From positions 20,894,001 to 20,958,000 of the forward strand of contig NC_082731.1 in the NCBI RefSeq assembly GCF_030144855.1: 64,000 nucleotides of DNA, given 5' to 3'. Made by a program: the position numbers and the translations under genes. Origin of the DNA: Hypanus sabinus (lineage: Eukaryota). This document shows positions 39,271 to 52,569 of this stretch, in pieces; position 1 is the first letter of the stretch; the number at the start of each line of letters is the position of its first letter. The notes below the pieces were generated by a model. The model was not told where the DNA came from, made no database searches, and saw nothing but the letters and a program-made list of their open reading frames with translations.

Positions 39271-40230
39271 TAATATCTCTTCCTGCACATTTTGCAGGGA
39301 CATTTTAATTATTTATTAAATATATACTTCTTGTAGTAATGCATCATTATTGTAATGCACTGCAATGCATTGCTGACGCAAAAGAACAAATTGCACGTCA
39401 GAATCTGAAGGAGACTCGTGAGATGTGCGCGTAATTTGATAATAAATTTTGTTTAAATTTGAAGTTTCAGTTCATCTGCTTTCCTCCGACAAATTTTGAG
39501 GCAGACTCCTTAAAACAAATTGCATCAGGATTAATTATTTTTACACTGTTGTCACACAGACCACTTCGTGGAACTGTTTTATGCTGGTGCATTCCGCCCA
39601 ACCTATGTCATGCCATTTTTGTTGCTGTTGTTTAAATACAGGGGAGATTGAAAACTGATGAATTGCAATCTTGCCTGATTATGCAGTGGGAATGCATGAG
39701 TGAAACTCACTTTAGTGTCTATAATTTGCCTAATCTGCTATTTCAAAATATGCAAATACGAGTATGTGATTAGTGGATTGACCACGATCACCTCATAGAC
39801 TGGAGAAGCAATCTGCGAGTATATGAAAATTATGAGCTGAAGATCAGCCGTTTCTGATCACTACTTAGTGGGATCATGATGGGCTGTCTACTTTTGAAAT
39901 GTTAGTGAAAACCTGCCATGAACCAACAATTGAAATTATTGGGAACAGATGATTCTGCTGGTTATACGGCTCTGAATCCACTATCTGTTTAATGCAGTGA
40001 ATATAATAGTGGCGTCTGAACAATAGTAACGTACATATAAATTCGTGCTTCAGGGGAAATCTCGAACTTTTTGTAAGTTAAATTCTTGTCGAGTTTTGTA
40101 GAAAACATATTGGTGGACGTAAAGCTACTTTATGCATTTCTTTTTGCTTCCTATTTACCGGTGACTGTAATGCACTAATGGAAAAGAAATGCAAAAACAT
40201 ACATGCCCTCTTGCACCTTCCTTAGTTTTA

Positions 40231-40677
40231 TATCGTGGAACAATTGCATGTAGCCACGTCAGATATTAGCTAAATAACAATGCTCAGACGAGGTGAAACA
40301 TAAGTGACGTATGAGAGCAACGGCTACAACGGTCAATCCTGCATCGTTTGGTGACCATATATTGGGGCGGGAATAATAAAAACCCTCTCAGTAATGACTG
40401 GATTGGTGGAGGAGGCTTCTATTGAATGGAAGAATTTGACAAAAATCTGCTTGTTAACTGAGCCATGCAAAGTGAACTGAAATGATAAAAATTTAAGAGA
40501 TTAATTAATATTCTGTCCAGATAAAGAACTGTATTTATTTCGCACAATGAGAAAAGGATAGGTCTTTAAAATTTACTTTTAGGATTGAAATGAAAAAAAA
40601 TATATTTTCTTGTGGCTATTTTCCCAGTAACCAAAAAAGAGAAAATACAGCTTTGCAGTATAATGTACTTGAATGAA
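40231..40677 (-). pseudogene. psiV-C4
   Basis: 3' end ISDVATCNCS; paralog of C1-C3. Confidence 0.7.
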
Positions 40678-41157
40678 AATGAAAGATGCTTATTATATAC
40701 TTCACGAAATTCAACAAAATGGAATGTACAGACAGTAGGGCAATTTGCCACTTGAAGATGAATTGTCGTATTCATCGAAAGGTGTCGTACTGTGTCTTCT
40801 GATCGTAGCTCAAAATTTTCAATTGAACCACAGAATACAGATGCGACAATTTTAGGACAAATGAGATGACGAGTTACTAAATCTGAATATGCAAGCAACA
40901 TTCAAATGAGAAAGTAATAACAATTATCGTGCATATCCAATAAGTAGATATTGGTGGATAAGTGCTGTAATTTCTTTCAAAATGTTCAATAGTCTTGATA
41001 GGTTAGAACGTGTATATTAATTTATTTAGTGTCTCTTACTGTGAGTGTTGCAAAAAACAAGTACAATGATTCCGACAATCAAGACGCATGGTATCAACCC
41101 TGCTTAGAATTAAGTGACCTAATTTCAGAGACCGAACGTTAATCATATTGACAATTG

Positions 41158-41624
41158 TACAGTTCTTTGGCCTGTAGTAGTAGTCAATCGAAATGTATTG
41201 CGAATTTTTTCGTATTTGTACGTGAACGAATGAATACTGTCGGTAAACGCAATGGATAGTGACTCAGAGTACCGCTATTTGCATATACACAGCGTCCATT
41301 TATATCGGAAACAATCTGACGCTGGTGTTTAAATAGGTAGTACACTCGCAAAAATAAGCGGGATTGAACACAACAATCCAGTAAAGTGCGATTGATTCCT
41401 TGACTGAAATCAAAAGCCACATGATTGTTTCTGAGTGATTTCACTAAATGATAGCTTCTTCACATTTTGAAGTATAATGTTGATTGGATATGTGCGATTC
41501 TTATGGCAAAGTTTTGCCCTCTCTATACTAAAAGTCCCATTAAAATGATTCATGCATCCGTACTGATCATTACGTCAGCTTCCGATGTGAAATTATGAAT
41601 ATTCTGAGAAATTAAGTAACACAT
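41158..41624 (-). pseudogene. psiV-D4 candidate
   Basis: Paralog; an 86-codon frame (41184-41444) is in phase with the 46-nt leader-like exon. Confidence 0.45.
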
Positions 41625-41839
41625 AGGAATCACTGAAAATGAAGTGGCTTCGTTGAAAGTTACAGCCATTGATGATCAAAAACATCCATTGCAAATGCCA
41701 AGTGCATACGTCACTGGTACAAGATGTCGCTGTGACATGTTATGAAAGCATGGGACTAAACCTTTAGAATTCATTTAGCAATAACATTAACCTTGAATTG
41801 TTCGCCCTCTACTGAGCTTTCGAGGGAACTGTGAAAGTG

Positions 41840-41878
41840 GGTTTTTGTTCGAGATATTTGAGTTTTTTTATCACTGTG
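41840..41878 (-). other. RSS of V4: CACAGTG-23-ACAAAAACC
   Basis: Heptamer 41872-41878, spacer 23 nt, nonamer 41840-41848. Confidence 0.96.
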
Positions 41879-42364
41879 TGCTCATCGCGCAGAGGTACGT
41901 GGCTGAGTCAGAGATTATGGGGTTCTTAATGGAGAGTTCGGAATATTTTTTACTGTTATCATAGGAAGCAGACAATCGGTCGGTTGCATCTTCATTTCGG
42001 TTTATCATCCTTCCGATGATCCGAATCAAATATTGCGGTCGCTGTCTGGGGCGCTGCCTGTACCAGAAAACATTCGAGGATGCATAATCTGTTTTTAAAG
42101 TACAGTTTAGGGTAACATTCCCTCCTTCTTCGATTACCATTGCATCCACTGACTGGTCTACGGAATCTTGAAGGCTCCACTCTAACAGTAAATTAAAAAA
42201 AATAAAACAAAAGAACATAAGCTCTACTTCGAACAACATGGTCACGTAAATAGAAAATAAAACGTGTTCACAGAAAAATTAGGCAGGTCTGGAATATTAC
42301 AGTGAAGGAACATTTTACCTAGAAGAAACACAACAATGAGGAGCGGCGTGAGACTGGTCTTCAT
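41879..42364 (-). CDS. TCR alpha/delta V segment V4, intact: join(42319-42364, 41879-42181)
   Basis: Leader MKTSLTPLLIVVFLL-G, GT..AG intron of 137 nt, V exon EWSLQDSVDQ..VTLNC..NVFWYRQ..SDSATYLCAM open. Confidence 0.93.
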
Positions 42365-44438
42365 AATCACTCTGTTTAACACTGTACTTCTGCAACCACA
42401 GAGTGGAGACACATTGCCAGAGTATATATACACATACCCTTGAACAAACCGACCAATCACATCATGCAACGCAGGTGCTGATCTGTAAAGTCACAATAGG
42501 TCAATGCGTTCAGACGTAGTGCAATAAATGATATTTTGCGAGTCCGATCGTAGAAGTGTGTAACAAACGAGTCAAGCACTTTACGTGCTAATATTTAACA
42601 CCGCATGGCCACGCATAGGCGAAGGATTGCGGGGCAGCCAGCATTCTCGTGGAGAACACTGTCAATTAATTCCGCTTGCTAATCGAGGCAGAGTAAACGG
42701 GAGTGTAAGGAAATGTGAGTACAGCAAATGATGCAATGGCACTCTTTATTATTACCTGATCTGGATTTAAGGCGGAATTCAGAGACGGCAGAATTGATCT
42801 TAAATGCTGGAGTGAGCACGTTGCGCATTGCACGATACTTCGACGTGTTCACAAGCAAACGATGAAAGTAGCATTTTTCTGAATAACCTTCCAATTAATT
42901 AGGTGTATGGAAGTAGTGATTATTTGTGTATAGGCTGTTCTGACGTGAAGGAAGCACTGAGTTCATGCTACATCACCCGGAGCAAAGAAAATATATTTCA
43001 CCAGATGGCAGTAAAAATTAAGAAATTCCTTCACTTGGATTCTTCATTTTTCGGTTTTCGCAAGTTTCCTCGCCAGCTGTGTGTTCACAAAGTTTCCGTC
43101 TTTTATATTTGACATGTGAAATGAAAATAATCAATTTACGTCAGTAATTGCAGACAAATAATAGTCTCGCTTTTGATGCGGCACTTTTCATTCGTATACC
43201 TGGGCTGAAAACTTTCGATGATTAAGCTGATCAATATAAAGGAACAATGCATATACTGAAATAGTAATGACACGATATGGAACAATGCCTCCTTTCCAGA
43301 ATGTTGAGATTAATCAGCAAATTTGTCGCCTAAATTCAATGAATTTCTCAGGCACCAATTTTCCGAGTTAGATACTCAGAAATAGTCAAATAAAACCAGA
43401 TCAACCTTTTTTTGCGATTTTTCAGCAGGATATGTTGTAGTACCATCGAATTGGACGTTTTCCGCATGTTTTGATTAATGATTTCCAAGTCGCAGAGATC
43501 AGGAAGACATTTGGGACACTGGAATGCGAGGTCTTGGTCTTGGATTGCTGGGTGTGTCGCTCAATATCGGCAAGAGATGAGAGATTTTTACTTAACATAA
43601 AACCTCGAAGTATTGGAGGTAAATAAACTACTCATTAAGAGAGGGGTTGTGGAAAAATGCAAATCAAGTATATTGAACCCAATCCTAGATTGTACAACGA
43701 CCAGGTAACACCTAAACGGATGTTGTTTTCAAATTGTGACGTCATCGGAATCAAAGACTTGGAAATTGCATTCCACCTCGCCGTATTTTACAATAACTCA
43801 TATGTCATCATACTCTGATTCAGAAACTATTTACTTTAATTTCAAAGAAATTTTCGAATGAGGGCCGATCTCGTACTGTGCACATGGTTTGAGAAATTAA
43901 CAGTCTTCGAAGTGAACGTGGTCAATCTGTCTTTGTAAAGTGACAAAAGGTATGTTGGGCAGGAGGCTCTTTATGATGAATTCTACTAATTCTCTGTGTT
44001 TGACGCTTTCCACATCTTCAAATAGGGCCGCGTACTAGGGCACTACATGTCTTTGTTCAATACAACACTTTCAAAGTTACATACCTCGTCCTGAATTTCT
44101 CAAATGAAAGACAACTTGAAACAAACATCCATATGATCACACAGCATCTGTGCAGTGCCAAGAAGTCTTCATTCTATTCGTCATATACCTGACATTCTGT
44201 TCCAATGTATTAAAACCCAGTGTAATATGCGGAACAAGTGACCACAATGCAACGGAGATCCCTGTATTAATAACAGTTGTTAGGGAACTCTTCAGATTAA
44301 GGAGAGGATTAAACAATAATCCAATTTTAATCTAAATTAATCAGACTTTTTGAGAATATTTTCACAACAATATTTATTGGTGTCGCTCTTACTATGACTC
44401 CTATGGACTATGTAGGTGCAACTTTAATAGACAGGGTT

Positions 44439-45116
44439 TGCAGTGTTCTCGCATGTGTGTAAGAGAACGCCGATCTAAACACCGAGGAAAATGGTAGTCA
44501 ATGAAAGCAGGATCGCTGTAAGATTAACCTTTTACTGTTCACTCTTCCTCATTAACGTATGGTGAAAACACTTGATAAAACAATACAAGATTTGTACAGT
44601 ATTTCTTTCCTTCTTGATATCACATTTATAACGTAAATACTTGCAAAAGTAAAACTACAGCAACTACATTACATTAAAATGCAGCATACAGTCAGAATCC
44701 ACCTACGCCCTTGACTGCTTTAAATACACTTCAACACAAACTATCTGCATCTCTTTAACTAACGAAAACATACGCCTTATCAACCGTCATTACTTTTACC
44801 AGAATCAGCGTTATCATTTTAATACAACATATCGATTATCTCATGAACTTACGGCGTTGCTTCCCTATGTTTCTAGTGCTTAGAAAGACAACTTTTCTCG
44901 CGCTGATCCTGCACATGTGAGCCCCCTCCTTCCCGTTTCTCCAAACGGTTATTTCCCACAAGACTCGGCGAAACCGGATGTGACATCATCGCATGCCGCG
45001 ATATATCACAGACAACGAATTTACTTTAAACAATCCTAACTTTAACTGGAATGCTAACAAACGACTTACTAAAGCGAAAATATTATAAACTAAATAACTC
45101 CCATAAAGGCAACGCA
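44439..45116. mobile_element. Solo LTR-like insertion, 678 bp, TG..CA, 5-bp TSD GGGTT (different family)
   Basis: GGGTT at 44434-44438 and 45117-45121; empty site at ~18755-18775; single copy in the window. Confidence 0.85.
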
Positions 45117-45968
45117 GGGTTCACAAGACGTTTCAAATAGGGAATTAATTCAGGCAAATCTGGAAAATGAAAAATAAAGGATTTTGTACAGTAAGTACCT
45201 AAGTGCCTCGTGATTCTTTCTTGTTCTGCATTGACGAAGCATTCGATCCCAAGAAATTACAAAAACATGAAAATATATTTAATATATTGGTAAAATTGAA
45301 GAGCGTTATTAATAGCTCATCTATTATTAGCTATGCAAACAAGCAAGCCGGAAAGGAAAAAAAATAAGTTTGTATCAGGAAATGAGAGCGTCTCAAAGGA
45401 AATAAGGTCTTATTGGGAATTCAGCTGATTCCAGAAGTGAATCATTTTCCTCAATTTAGAATGAATTGTTTAATTTTGATCTAACTGCTGCAAGCTTAGA
45501 TTTCTTTCTCTGCTGTTTTTTTTTTAATTGCAATGTCTACCAATCAAACGAAAATATCTTCAATCTGAATCTGAGATAAATGTTAAGACAGCCGGACGGT
45601 ATTGATCTACCGAGTAGAACATGCTCCTTTTTCTCTAGACGTCAAAAAAGGAGCCTCTTTGAGTTATAAACTGTAGCCACCGTTTATGGTTTTATACTCA
45701 AAAGCTACCTCATTGCTTGTATAAATGAGACATAAATACATAATTATCATATAATTAATAAATAGTCAACACTCCTAATGAATAAGTAACATAAATTGAT
45801 AAATATATAAACACATAAAAATGTTAAGAAAATAACTAAACAAATTGATTTCTCTCAGTAAATAAATTATGACACAAGCAAGCAAGTATATAGTTCTGGA
45901 GATAAAGAGAAAAGGATAAATAACCAACGAGACTAAAAATGAAATGGAGTTTAAAACTTCTGAGCTGA

Positions 45969-46411
45969 TACAGTGTCTCATGATGACACTGCAAAAACGT
46001 GTCTACTACCATGGGAGAGTGCGATTATTCAGGAACATTCCAAAACGATTGTTAACTCGACAGTTACTCTCACTTCCAGTCTGACAATCTTTGCGTTTCG
46101 AAAGCTTCTACTCTGATGGACATCACATTCCTTCCGAGTAATATCGTAGATAGAGTATTTTGTTTTCCATTACTGAAATGTTTAAAGTAATCCTTCAGAA
46201 TACATGTTCTCATAGCATCTCTCTGTTCATGTTATGAAACTGATGCTCAACACTTAAGAAGAGCAAAAACAAATGCTAAATTTAAAAAGAAATTTGTAAT
46301 CAAAACCCTGTCGCAAACTCAGTTGTTGACTGCTGTTGACGGATTTACCACGGTTGCCTTGGAGTGTCGCTGTGTGCAAAGCAAGAATCGGACAACTATG
46401 GTGCAATCCAT
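45969..46411 (-). pseudogene. psiV-G3
   Basis: Leader-like MDCTIVVRFLLCT; SVEH..RITLNIS..YLRYY versus SVEQ..NITLNCT..YVFWY; ends ATGAGA-CACTGTA (45969-45975). Confidence 0.62.
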
Positions 46412-46763
46412 TTCTGCTTCTGACCATGCTTACCCTCCTGCATCTTCACTGTGAACACTCGGTAGAAATTAATCTGAATACGTCAAAATAAAGGATGTAT
46501 CATCGGATATGTTGCTACTGTAATTTGTTGTCATGTTTTCAAATGAGAATTATTAACCAATCGGTACAGTAATGACGGAGCTCCCGAGATGCATTGTAAT
46601 CCATTTGAAGAACTCGGCAAAAATATAAATTGCGTGGGCGTTTAGATGAATTTATCTGTTATCCGTTACCGTTGAATAAATTGCTTTAGAATAGAAATTC
46701 ATCCCGACTTCGCACCTAATATTTAATTTGTAGATATGTCCATTCTTATTTATTTACTTATTT

Positions 46764-47110
46764 TGTTTGTTTGATTACTTGTTTATTTCCTGAGATACAG
46801 TGAGGAATTTGCCCTTTTTGCACTTCGAGTTACGCAGCCCGGCAATCACCAAATAAAATCCGAGCTTAATCACTTTATAGTTTATAATTGTAAATCAGCA
46901 GTCCAAAGACGACCAAAAGTTGGGCAGTTGGAGGAACAAAGAGTAAACGACGTAAATCCCAGGTTGTTGGTGGAGAAAATGCAAAACCCTTTACAAGTAG
47001 TTGTGCGGATTGAAGATATAAGTTATAATATATGTTATAAGTACAGTAGAACTTTGTACTAACCGGTATGCTTTTGTGCGGTTGCTTGACCTCTGACTCG
47101 TTTTAAGAAA
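46764..47110 (-). pseudogene. psiV-K3 with degenerate 23-RSS
   Basis: CACTGTA (46796-46802), exactly 23 nt, then AAACAAACA (46764-46772). Confidence 0.55.
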
Positions 47111-47970
47111 TGTTATATACCCCTTTGGTAACTTGTGACCCTCTTATAGCCAGGGCGTAGTTGGGTATCTGGTGAGCAGGAAGTGATCGTCTTCTGATGG
47201 TGGGGTGATGTAATTACGCGTCTGTGTGAGGTCACATGATGTAATTTTCCCGGCAGTCAGAGGTCATATAATGGCCTTTTCCAACAGGTATAAAATGGGG
47301 ATGCCTTGCTGTGAAGTCGGAGTTTATTAACTAATCCGTTATGCAGCATATTCTGCTTATGATGCAGTTTTGTTTTAAAGTTGTGTTTTACTTTCTATCT
47401 TAAGTCTCAATGTTTATTGCCGGCAGTTTCGCCACAATGCTGCCAGTTTTAGTCCAGTCAGAGAGTGAAGAATTTACTGAAGTCGAGAAAACCCAAAGGA
47501 CTGAGAAAAATTGGTGACATCGGCGGTATACTGCAGGATCGACCTTGTTGAATCCTCGTTCCAAGGAAATGGTATCCTGCAACGGAAATAACCCCTATAT
47601 TATTTAAGGCAGAAAGGTTTGGGGCAGCGTGATTCATCAATGAAAATTTCAGTTCTTTAACCAGTCTTTTACTTCTTTCGTCATAAATCCTTCGGGGAAG
47701 GGATATTTCGGCTGCGATGAGCAGCCGCGTCACGTCGTCGACGAAATCGTTACTTCAGGAAAGTCTCTCCATTTGGACTTCTGCATTTACCATTTTTCAG
47801 AACTGTGTTCGCAATTACCGCTTTATGAGCTGTTCGAATTCCCGTATAGACATTACCTTCCTGTTAAGTTACTCCTTTGTTTATTTTTATTTGTTATTGA
47901 GATGATGTTACATAACTGTTTCTTTGTTTATAAAAAAAGTCTCAATTCTATCTTTATTATTGCCGTAAAA
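47111..47970 (+). mobile_element. Solo LTR, copy 3
   Basis: Same position and sequence family. Confidence 0.85.
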
Positions 47971-48426
47971 TTACAGAAATAATTGGCAACTGTAATCTTT
48001 CACAAAAGTTTTGCAGTTTGTCCTCATCAATCTCTCAGCATCTATTTTGGAGGTTTACGCCGATTTCCTGTTTGTCGCCTTTACAATAGCTTTTACCAGC
48101 TTCTGGATATTTCTCCTACTGTATAAGTTATCGCGGCAAAAACAGACTGCAGCTTGTTCGTCATTGGGAATCGAAACCATGTCCCCCTGAGCTAACGATC
48201 CCAAAATGATCCTAAAGTAAAGAATAAAAAATAAACAGCTCCTGGTGGCTTTGTGCCGCCTTTTATTCCGTTGGGGTTGACGATATGGATATTTTTTTAT
48301 TAAACATGGATTTAACAAGTGGACTATTCAATGGATATATATCAAGCTTTACTTCAACAGCAGCAATCATGGGCATGAACCGCTCAGTTTTGCACCAAAA
48401 CTTGTACACAAAATTTACCGTTAAAC

Positions 48427-48720
48427 AACTTGTGTATTGATAAGGATACGCCGTATAAGTTGTGTGCTCATCTTATGTAGAATGAACCAAATACATTGAT
48501 GTATATCAAATTAGGTAATTTGAAGGCATCAGGGCAAGAAATTCTGCAAGTTTAAGAAAATAATCAGAAATAGCTTCCGTTGGTTGCGGGTGATTTCTGT
48601 TCACAGGTCTATTATACATAATAGTCGTCATTTGAACCTCATTCTTTGTGTACTGAAAAACATTCGTCTGAACGACTAACTCCGTCATCATTTGGAGCTG
48701 CTGCCTTTCAAATTAGCCAA
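48427..48720 (-). pseudogene. psiV-H2c
   Basis: NVFQY..PVNRN..ISDYF versus V3 NVFWY..IVNRN..LSASY; CACAACT-22-ACACAAGTT. Confidence 0.65.
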
Positions 48721-49228
48721 TGAAATAAGCAGAAAACTAAAGCTCAGTTTTGAATCCGAAGAAGTATTTCGAAATCAGCCAGTCGTTGAAAGCGAGTCGA
48801 TCAATTAATGATATCCAAAATAACTCTGAGGAAGTGACCAACAAAAGTCTGCAGCTTGGAACTTCTTTCCACACATATACCCGCTTGACAACGTAAACCA
48901 GAATTACTGCCGAAATTTTTGTTTGACTACACAGCGAGCAGAACTAAGAGACTAATACTATAAACAAGAATGAAATTCTCAGAAACGTACGGAATGTCTC
49001 CGTTAAGTGTTGTATTATCATAATGAGACGTCCCATCTATCGTTTTTTGTTCACCATAAAGTCTTCGCTATAATCGGGGATATGGTGGCTTCTGTTGATA
49101 TCGTACATATTTAGCTGTCCCGGTTGCTCTCCTCCCATACTGCATCTTATTACACTAGACAACATGTATAAAACTTCACATTTTCCGGATAGCTACAAAA
49201 ACTTGATTACAGCAATTTCTTTCTGAAG

Positions 49229-49636
49229 GACAGTTCATTTGAATCAGCAGCAAAGGTGTTAATTTTGTCATCTCTGTTAGGCACCATTTTTGCCTGCATT
49301 GTGTAGCTATTGATCTGTCTCAGATAGAGGCGGTAACCAGCTAGCGATGGCCCCATTATTTGAGCACCCTCTCTTCGTTCCTTGGATTCTGCGTGTAGTA
49401 TTGGATGTTCGTGAAGGACTACTGTAAACTGAGTCGATCTATAAATTCGCTTATCTGCGATTACCCTCCGTCGGGGACACAATTGACGATGGAGGAAGTT
49501 CTGTACTGTTACGAAGTCCAGCTGGAGGCGCGGGTGAGGAGGAAAGGGCGGGGGAATTTTTGATGCAGATACTCCAGCTGTTAGCGAACAGCAGGCAGAT
49601 GAAGAAGGTAACGCCGACAGTATTTAAGCACACCAT
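49229..49636 (-). pseudogene. psiV-I2 candidate
   Basis: Hydrophobic [18 protein letters not shown] start; [11 protein letters not shown]. Confidence 0.5.
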
Positions 49637-49819
49637 CGACGCATCCCAGATCTTCCTAGAGTTATTTCATAAGTCAGATGACAGGATTGTGTCGCTTAAA
49701 TGTTCCCAGACCTATGCCGGCTTTTAGATTATACGTATGCTTTCCTGTAAGCACTTGGCTTCTGTGTTAAACCTCTCCTCACCAGCTGAAATTCCCAGGC
49801 ACCCGCCACTCAAACATAA

Positions 49820-50775
49820 ATGTCCTGCACGTAAAGTCATAGAAAAAGGGTCCTTCTTTCCATCTACTCCTTGCTGAGCCATTTAAACTGCCTGCTCCCA
49901 TCAACCTTCACCTGGTCCATAGCTTCCACACCCATCTGATCCGTACATTTATCCAAACTCAAACGTTGGAATCGATCTCGCATTCACCATCTGTGCTGTC
50001 AGGACATTCCACACTCTCACCACGCTCTAAAGAGGTTTTCATGTTCCCGTTAAATATTTCATCTTGCAGTCTTAGCCCATGATCTCTAATTGCTATCCCA
50101 CCCAAACTAGCTGGAAAAAGCCTGCTTGCATTTACCTTGTCTATACCCCTATTAATTCTGTACACCTCCATCAAATCTCCCATCAATCTTCTCCGTTTGA
50201 AAGAATACAGTTCTGACCTATTTATTCTTACCTTATTACTCAGGTCCTCCAGACCCAGCAACATCCTTGTAAATGTTCTCTGCACTCGTTCAACCTTATT
50301 TACATCTTTCTTGTAGGTAGTCGACCAAAACTGCACACAGTTCTCCAAATTAGGCCTCAGCATCCCATCTCCGCTCCTCAATACTGTGATTTTGGAAGGC
50401 ATATGTAAAAAAAAAAACTCCCTTTACGACTTTATTTACAGTGCCTATAAACAATTATTTACTCCCCTTGAAAGTTTTCATGTTTTTTTGTTTTACAACA
50501 TTGAAACACAGTGGATTCAATATGCATATTTGACAATAATCACCAGACGAAGTCTCTTTTGCATGCACACGAATCCATTCTCGGCACATTCCTGTATTTG
50601 TCTACAATCCTCTTTAACAACCACTGACGTATCTACCGCCACCATCATCCTTGACATCCTATTCCAAACATCTACCGCTCTGCGTTTTAAAAAACAAAAA
50701 CTTCAATCATCAATCACCTTAAAACTTTAACTTCGTAGCTTGAAGCTAAATTCTCTAGTGTTTGATACATTTGAG
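49820..50775 (-). mobile_element. CR1 fragments, paralog
   Basis: RPNLENCVQFWS..ERVQRTFTRML..RRRLMGDLMEVYRI. Confidence 0.9.
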
Positions 50776-50815
50776 GACGTCTGTTGGTCAGGGTCAGCCA
50801 TGGGTGTTCTATCTT

Positions 50816-51195
50816 AACTGTCCAACAATTGCAAGAGTAAGCCTTCGGCACGGACTCGAAGGGCCGTGATGGCCGGTTTCCGTGCAGTAATTGTTGTATG
50901 GTTATATGACAAGAGGAGGGGATAGTACTTATTATCGTAGACATTCGGAGGCTCCTGAAGCGAGCTGGGATACGAAGTATGATGAGGCAAGACAAGTGGT
51001 GCATGTTGAAGCAGAGGCTGCCATGGATCCTACAGGTAGTAAGTAGGTCTGTGGGGTCATGAGGAGGCTGATCCCGCAGTAGCAAAAATGGTTACACCGC
51101 CGTCCCCTTCCTGAATGGAATACGGACTCGAAGGATGACGAAATAACGGTCTGATAGATGCTTCCATTTGATATGAAAGAAGAAATAAGAATCTT
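50816..51195 (-). pseudogene. psiV-L2
   Basis: SIQEGD..VTI; ends AYSC, 8 nt, GACAGTT (50816-50822). Confidence 0.65.
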
Positions 51196-51262
51196 TGAAA
51201 ATATCCTGCACAATATAAGCCCATCGGCTTACAAAGCTGTGCCGAACATGCACTTACCCATG

Positions 51263-51435
51263 ATTTACTTTACCTGCTGGCATCTACAACAATTACTTCG
51301 GTTGTTGTCTGTTCAGGAACACATCTGGGAGAGCACCAGTTGGTTGAAAATTTAAATTCAAAACTCGCTTACTTTTTTCATGGAAGGTTGTTTAATCGAG
51401 TAACTGTTCACGATGCCCTGATGATCTCAGTGTAA
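51263..51435 (-). pseudogene. psiV-A4, truncated
   Basis: Same truncation and leader deletion as psiV-A3. Confidence 0.7.
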
Positions 51436-52569
51436 CTATAAAAGAAATAATAAATCACAACTTACATTTCCAACAGAATCTGTAATTCTGGAATCGTGCA
51501 GTGGAAACGGGATGTCGGTTTGAAAATACAGCAAAATCTGATCATTTTAGCCAACCTCAAGTTCAATTCTCAAACGGCAAAGTTTTGGTAAAAATCATGT
51601 AAAGTCTTTGTATGCCAACATTAACTGTACAGTGCCGCTAGGCGGTGTGTGTAGTTAATGTAGCTGGAGGGCTTCTTGGAGAAAACTGTCTTCAAACTAA
51701 GTTTCCACGTCGAGGCAGATTATGACAGTAGTATGAAAGGCAAAGTAACGAAGTAAGAGTACCAAAATGGAAATAGTATCAGGCAGTAAACATTGCTAGT
51801 CGATTTCAGACAGAAAATAGGGGGATCAGATTTCATATAAAAACGCTGAAACGAACTAGAATATCTGTCGCACAACATTTCTTCATCTGTCTGTGGTGTC
51901 TGCGAATTGAGCCTTTCTCTGAATAACTTCAGAACTTATCGAAAAGATTATTTGTGTAGACTTCTTTTAGACATGAAGGAAGCCAAGATTTTATTTGGTC
52001 CAATTGCTTGCAGTGGCACTGGGTATTTGCACACAGTCCTTACTGCGCAATCGATGGGAGGTGCGTTTGCAGTTTGTCCTGCTATCGTGCACACCACTGA
52101 AAATGCTAAAATTTATATTGTCTATCTTCTTCTCAGATATTTGCCAGATTGCACTTGCACAAGATGATGTGATTTGCTGAGTCTGAACGAGCTGCAGCTC
52201 TGCTTTTATACAGCATGCAGTGTTTCTGCGCGTCATGTGTTAGCCAATTAAACTATGATGTAAAGGAGGAAGGACAACAGCTCCAACAGGTATTTCTTTT
52301 CGGCCGGTTTGAATCCACCACTCTAGTTGCTGACAAACAAATAAAAAAAAATCCAGGCATCAACATATTCCAGATTATTATGCTTATGCACAGTTATATC
52401 TGCATAGACATTTCAAAAATACTAAATTCAATTGATGCATTCCTTAACTGCATCGTTGTCAAATGTCTCTAAAGTAGGCACATAAGGAACAATTTCTTCA
52501 TTGTTTTAAGATTTTCTCAGCATTCCATCGCTAATGGATATATTACAGTAACGACTGAGAATAACGACA

